The notes below the pieces were generated by a model. The model saw only the letters and a program-made list of their open reading frames with translations, did not search any database and was not told where the DNA came from. The translations under genes were made by a program, and so were the position numbers. This document shows positions 47,064 to 48,554 of a DNA stretch of 48,554 nt, piece after piece. Position 1 is the first letter of the stretch. Every line of letters begins with the position of its first letter. Source of the DNA: an uncultured Lachnospiraceae bacterium (GTDB lineage Bacteria; Bacillota; Clostridia; Lachnospirales; Lachnospiraceae); contig CACYDA010000170.1 of NCBI GenBank assembly GCA_902773095.1, positions 1 through 48,554 on the forward strand. Reading direction: 5' to 3'.

Positions 47064-48272
47064 CTAGATATCATTCAAAAATGATGCCCTTTTCACATAG
47101 CTTTTTCCATACTTTTCTCTAATCCGGTCCACAGCCTCATCCAGTTTTTCCATTTTTTCGTAGTCTGTATCATCAAACAGATTCAACTGTCTTCCATAAT
47201 CCTCTTCTAAAATCTTTGAAGTCTGTATTCCCAAAAGTCGTATCGGTGTTCCGTCCCATAATTCATCAAACAATTCACATGAAACTTCATAAATCTCTGA
47301 TGTAATATTTGTCTGCGCATCCAGCTTCTTCTGATGCGATTTCGTTTTAAAACTGTGATCTTTAATCGTGACACTAACTGATGCAATTTTAACGCCATCT
47401 TCTCTCAATCTTTCTGCCACTTTTTCAGACAGATTCAGCAAAAAAAGTTTTGCCACCTTTTCATCGGTCACATCAAAAGGAATGGTAGTACTATTGCCAT
47501 ATTCCTTATTCTGTGAAGGCTCTGACTGCACAACTGAAAAATCAATACCGTTGGCAAAGTTCCATATCGTTTCACCCTGTTTTTTCAGATGCATTTTTAA
47601 AACTGCCAAATTGGCATTTGCAAGCTGACCAATCTTGTAAATACCAAGTTCATGGAGTTTCTTTGTTGTAGCATTCCCGACAAAAAACAAATCCGACACC
47701 GGAAGTCCCCACATCTTCTCTTTCATCTCATCAGGAAATAATGTATGTACTTTATCCGGTTTTTCAAAATCAGAAGCCATCTTCGCTAACAGTTTGTTGG
47801 TTGATATGCCAACATTCACAGTAAAGCCCAGTTCACTTTTGATTCTGTCTTTGATAGTATAGGCTGCTGTAATCGGATCTCCGAACAATAATTCTGTTCC
47901 TGTCATATCCATAAACGCTTCATCAATGGAAAACTGTTCCACATCAGGCGTATACTCATGAAGTATCTTCATAAATGCCTTTGAATACTCCCGATATCTG
48001 TCATGATGAGGTTTCACCACTATAAGATTCGGACATTTTCTTAAAGCCTCAACAATACTTTCCCCCGTTCTGACATGATACTTTTTTGCCGGAATCGATT
48101 TTGCAAGTATCACCCCATGCCGCGTAGCCATATCTCCTCCGACTGCTGCCTCAATATCACGCAGATCAGACTCGCCTCTACCTATCCTTTCAAGGGATTC
48201 CCAAGACAAAAACGCTGAATTGACATCAATATGAAATATTATTCTTGAATAATCTCTTCCCTTTTCTAACAC
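47064..48272 (-). CDS. dinB: DNA polymerase IV (Y family)
   Basis: HIDVNSAFLS, SIDEAFMD, GISTNKLLAKMASD..KP, IRLLG. Confidence 0.95.
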   Translation of the reverse strand: MLEKGRDYSRIIFHIDVNSAFLSWESLERIGRGESDLRDIEAAVGGDMATRHGVILAKSIPAKKYHVRTGESIVEALRKCPNLIVVKPHHDRYREYSKAFMKILHEYTPDVEQFSIDEAFMDMTGTELLFGDPITAAYTIKDRIKSELGFTVNVGISTNKLLAKMASDFEKPDKVHTLFPDEMKEKMWGLPVSDLFFVGNATTKKLHELGIYKIGQLANANLAVLKMHLKKQGETIWNFANGIDFSVVQSEPSQNKEYGNSTTIPFDVTDEKVAKLFLLNLSEKVAERLREDGVKIASVSVTIKDHSFKTKSHQKKLDAQTNITSEIYEVSCELFDELWDGTPIRLLGIQTSKILEEDYGRQLNLFDDTDYEKMEKLDEAVDRIREKYGKSYVKRASFLNDI

Positions 48273-48342
48273 TTTTCATCACTCTATCTTATGTAAATTT
48301 TATTAATCCGAGAACAATATCATTTGTTTTTAATGTGATCAA

Positions 48343-48554
48343 CTAGTACCATGGCATATCCCACTGATACTTTTTCAAGTCAACATGCATCTCATCTACA
48401 AACTCAACCCCATCTGCCTTTAAAAGTTCTGATTGCCTGTTCCTGCCTCCAAACGCAAATGCCTCCGAGATTCTTCCCTCTCTGTTTACAACCCTGTAAC
48501 ATGGAATATGCTCCGGATCAGGATTGACATGCAGCGCATATCCCACAACTCTGG
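48343..48554 (-). CDS. MGMT/Atl family alkylated-DNA-binding protein (5' end outside the window)
   Basis: PRVVGYALH.NP....IPCYRVVN..G, Q..LL..DGV. Confidence 0.85.
   Translation of the reverse strand, partial: RVVGYALHVNPDPEHIPCYRVVNREGRISEAFAFGGRNRQSELLKADGVEFVDEMHVDLKKYQWDMPWY

Noticed and set aside
48273-48342. LexA (GAAC-N4-GTTC) box upstream of dinB
   Set aside because: GAAC is present at 48312, but there is no GTTC half-site at the required spacing.

Overview
AT-rich chromosomal segment from a Firmicute, most likely Lachnospiraceae/Clostridiales (inferred from gene content, sigma-A promoters and a T-box). Most genes are on the minus strand. Housekeeping genes include prfC, degV, tldD/pmbA, glgP-malQ, glmS with a GlmU-like acetyltransferase, topB, yfbR, thrC, leuCD, ilvNC, thrS with a Thr T-box, mgtE and dinB. 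No rRNA, tRNA, CRISPR array, transposase or phage gene was seen. Five features stand out. (1) A ~92-nt structured repeat occurs as two full copies plus short remnants, each just 3' of an intrinsic terminator, with ends resembling group IIC intron termini. (2) A VTC (polyphosphate polymerase) domain - DUF4956 - Cthe_2159-like lipoprotein module is preceded by an intact two-component system and by a second pair in which both kinase and regulator have lost their phosphorylation residues. (3) A candidate uORF/attenuator leader, not an M-box, sits upstream of mgtE. (4) A CheY-like gene is paired with a protein combining MshEN-like repeats and a CheX-like domain. (5) An exact 27-nt copy of patatin coding sequence forms the hairpin just downstream of that same gene. 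Family calls come from motif recognition by eye; no database search was run.
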